Below, one piece after another: positions 61,130 through 64,000 of a stretch of 64,000 bases of DNA; position 1 is the first letter of the stretch; every line of letters starts with the position of its first letter. The DNA lies in assembly GCA_051362555.1 (NCBI GenBank), contig CM120647.1:1116001-1180000 (forward strand), read 5' to 3'. The DNA comes from Lingula anatina (Eukaryota > Animalia > Brachiopoda). The position numbers were made by a program, and so were the translations under genes. The notes below the pieces were generated by a model that was not told the DNA's origin, did not search any database, and worked only from the letters and a program-made list of their open reading frames with translations.

Positions 61130-63090
61130 CAAGTTTTTTTTTTTGTAACAATAATGAAAAGCAAAGCATACCTTGTGGAATCACCAAGCGGCACTGTGGA
61201 GCTAGAGCACACGATGAGGTTCAAAGTGTTTGAAATGTAATAACGTAACAGAGTTCACATGAGAAAATAGTCATCAAATCACCGTATAGATCTTTAAAAA
61301 GTAAATTTGTTATTATACTGATGCATCTATAAAGACCTAATAGAAAGATGTAATATATAATCCAAGATTTTATTTATATTGGTGTCCACAACACTGACCA
61401 ACAAGTGGACACCACTTTACATGGCGTGCAAACTGGCCGTTGGCAATCTACAACGATTTTTATTGGTCACCATTTCTAGACCTGGATTAAGAAACGCTGT
61501 AGTTGCCAGATAAGTATTTGTGGACGCAGCGCTTGAGGGTATAATAACCAGCGTCGTCGACATACAATTCCTGCACCTCACCATGCCTAATGTCTTAAAG
61601 CTTGATCATAGTTCATTTGGTGTGATCTGATACATTTTGCTACTACAGTACATCAAACATCAGTGCACATCATCTTTGGCGTGGAAAAGTAGGAAATACT
61701 TTCATTATCACAACGTGTGCCACTTCTCCATTAAATTCCAAGCTTAAATACTTCGTGGAATACATTTATTCGACTTCCGGAGTGTTTCTTGCCTTAATAG
61801 ATCATTTGAAGACGGGGGGTGCTTCCTCTGTTATAAAAGAATGAGATGTACTGGTAAAACTGCTACAGTATGGTATGATGTTTATATCCATATGCTAGTA
61901 AAGAAAACCCAAAACATGTCTTGATATCTGTTAGTCATGAAAGTAAGAAAAAGTATTGAAGAGTTTAAAGTCTGGCATATAAATGTAGCTTCATTGGAAC
62001 TGTTGCCTAAATTATCATGCGTAGTTTAATTGGAAAATATTCACTATATTGTCAAGTATGAAAACATTAGCAAAAGCACCGGTTTGTCTGCAGACTCTTT
62101 TGGCGTCATTTCCACACATAACTGTATAGTGGAAACTAAAAATTACAAAATATCGATTTCCATGCGTGAAAATTCAGAATTAAATATGTATTCTTCGTGT
62201 TGTTTCAAATGAAGGCGCATACAAACGCCGACGTTATGTCACCACTGTGAATGTTCTAAAATTGTATACATTTTTGTATTACTCAGGGTAAATATAACAA
62301 CTATTACAGAAAAATGTTCTCAAGAGTTTAGAGATATTTATGAAGTGGAAAATTATATATCAACTGTGTATAATATAATGCAGTAAACTAGAAAAGCATT
62401 CGGGGGGTTCACACCGCCTGAATTATTAGTTAATTACCATTATCAATTAGCCAATGCTTATTATTAATTTAATATTTTTTCATGATTAATTAATTAATCA
62501 ACGGATCAAAACGAAAATATTTATAACTTTTAGCAAGTCAATTTCCGATCTATCTTAAAACGTGTATCAAATGTACATAACTGCGTGAGTTACGCTGTAA
62601 CAAAGGCAAAATGTGCCCTCCTTGGCGGATATATTGAATATAACATGACGTCATATTGTTCGAATCTCGGTATCTCTGATGTAATACGTAATTGGACGAC
62701 TTCATCAAAAGACTACACACAATGAACAATAGAAGTGTCACCCCCTGAATCACAGTAATCAAAGTAGGTAGATCTTGAGTACAGGTAGTTTTAAAGCCTG
62801 GTCTACTTATAATGTGAAAAATGAGTATAAAACCGCTGCAACATGGAATTGTATTGTTGGTCTTTGTGTGAAATTTGATGTGAATAAAATGATACCAGGA
62901 GCATATCATTCAACAGTTATTTATCTCCCCCCTAAGTATTGGTTCAGAAGGGGTGACACTTCTATTGTCCATGGCGTCAATAACCCCACTCGTCAAGAGA
63001 GCGATCTCTGTGTATTGAAAAGACAGTTATATGTCATCTTGAAATCCACTAAAATTAAATGAGCGCTGTCTCCTTAGTTACAAATGCCAA

Positions 63091-63302
63091 TCATCGAACC
63101 ATCTGCGGCGACGACCTCGCCCCACGTGACAAAGGTCGCTCGGGTCGCTTCCGGTGCTCCTCGTGTTTTGCCTTGATGAGCTTGCTGATCTTGGTGTGGA
63201 TGTTTTCTGGGATGATGACCATGAAGAACCCCATGATGATCAATATGGTGGCGGCGATCTCCATGCTGTTGAAGACAGGGAACGACCACAGCTCTTCGGC
63301 AA
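63091..63302 (-). CDS. Terminal coding exon of an SLC35F3/F4-like (DMT superfamily) transporter
   Basis: Acceptor TTACTTTACAG|TT (phase 1); encodes (V)AEELWSFPVFNSMEIAATILIIMGFFMVIIPE...*, resembling the SLC35F3/F4 last TM (xFNxxRxAATIIIxxGFLLxLLPE) recalled from memory. Confidence 0.8.
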
Positions 63303-63550
63303 CTGTAAAGTAACACCATGGCAACATTATTTAAAGGCACGCAACACCAAGGAGAATGGTTGCCAAATGGGCCCTGCTCATTTATTTCTTAATGTACAAA
63401 TGTCAACTTCGTACATACTAATTGAATACAAGGGCAATTCATCACAATGTTATCTAGCATTAATGGCAATTTATATTTAGATGAGCTTTAGTATGTGAGG
63501 TGCATAAACATATTGGAGTTACACATCCATAATCTGTGAACAATACTACA

Positions 63551-63554
<4 letters not shown>

Positions 63555-63596
<42 letters not shown>
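63555..63596. repeat. (AG)n microsatellite at the 5' end of the last SLC35F-like intron
   Basis: Direct reading. Confidence 0.9.
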
Positions 63597-63604
63597 GGGG
63601 CTAC

Positions 63605-63694
63605 CTGCACACATAGGAATGGCCAGCAGCAAGCCAAGCGGTACGAATACTTCATAGGTCACGGCTTCGGCAAACTCTATGATCACTTGAAAAC
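63605..63694 (-). CDS. Penultimate 90-bp coding exon of the SLC35F3/F4-like transporter (phase 1-1; not in the ORF track)
   Basis: Acceptor CTCCTTTTTTATCTTTCAAG|, donor GCAG|GTAG. Encodes FQVIIEFAEAVTYEVFVPLGLLLAIPMCA (cf. FNIxLNFGIAVTYPTLxSLGIVLSIPVNA) and splices in frame (G|TT = Val) to the terminal exon across a 302-nt intron. Confidence 0.82.
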
Positions 63695-64000
63695 CTTGAA
63701 AGATAAAAAAGGAGTGTTAACTTAATGTGTTCACGTCCAATATTAGAAATACATACACTAATTTACCTTGCATGTTCTTATAAGTCAAAGATGACTATTG
63801 TTCAGCTACCACACTACCGCGTCGACATCCAAAGAAACATTGTCACAACTAACACAATTAGACCCTACAATCCCCCACAACTGGTTGCCTATACTATAAG
63901 AATATACACAACAACCCTGAACCAAACAATTCTACTGTGTCTATTTATGTAAAGTTGAAAATAATCAACGCAAAATTTTGCGACGGAATACCTCAAACTC

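Noticed and set aside
63303-63327. ORF-track start (MLPWCYFT) for the 63091-63327 ORF
   Set aside because: Lies in the intron upstream of the CAG acceptor; the real frame enters from the 63605-63694 exon.

Overview
AT-rich animal genomic DNA, not prokaryotic; the receptor type and transposon repertoire suggest an invertebrate, probably a lophotrochozoan (inference). It holds two paralogous class A GPCR genes with single-exon CDSs on the + strand about 40 kb apart (11375-12541 and 51776-52972; FMRFamide/CNMamide-receptor-like group with ERY and NFFLY motifs). The last two coding exons of a convergent SLC35F3/F4-like transporter lie on the - strand (63605-63694, absent from the ORF track, and 63091-63302). 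The rest is non-coding DNA full of non-autonomous DNA transposons (Harbinger-like, hAT-like, IS3EU-like, foldback), a decayed Tc1/mariner, an L2-type LINE 3' remnant and microsatellites. The most notable structure is a 30 x 59-bp tandem array (3245-5016) whose unit is the terminal segment of a small inverted-repeat element; an unexpanded copy of that element sits at 53670-53837. It is followed by a ~955-bp tandem duplication. Also notable are a 368-bp inverted, microhomology-joined insertion apparently copied from 1.3 kb away into a MITE, and a MITE copy with its interior flipped relative to its termini. No CRISPR, rRNA or tRNA was seen. Family assignments come from motif recognition by eye, not database searches.
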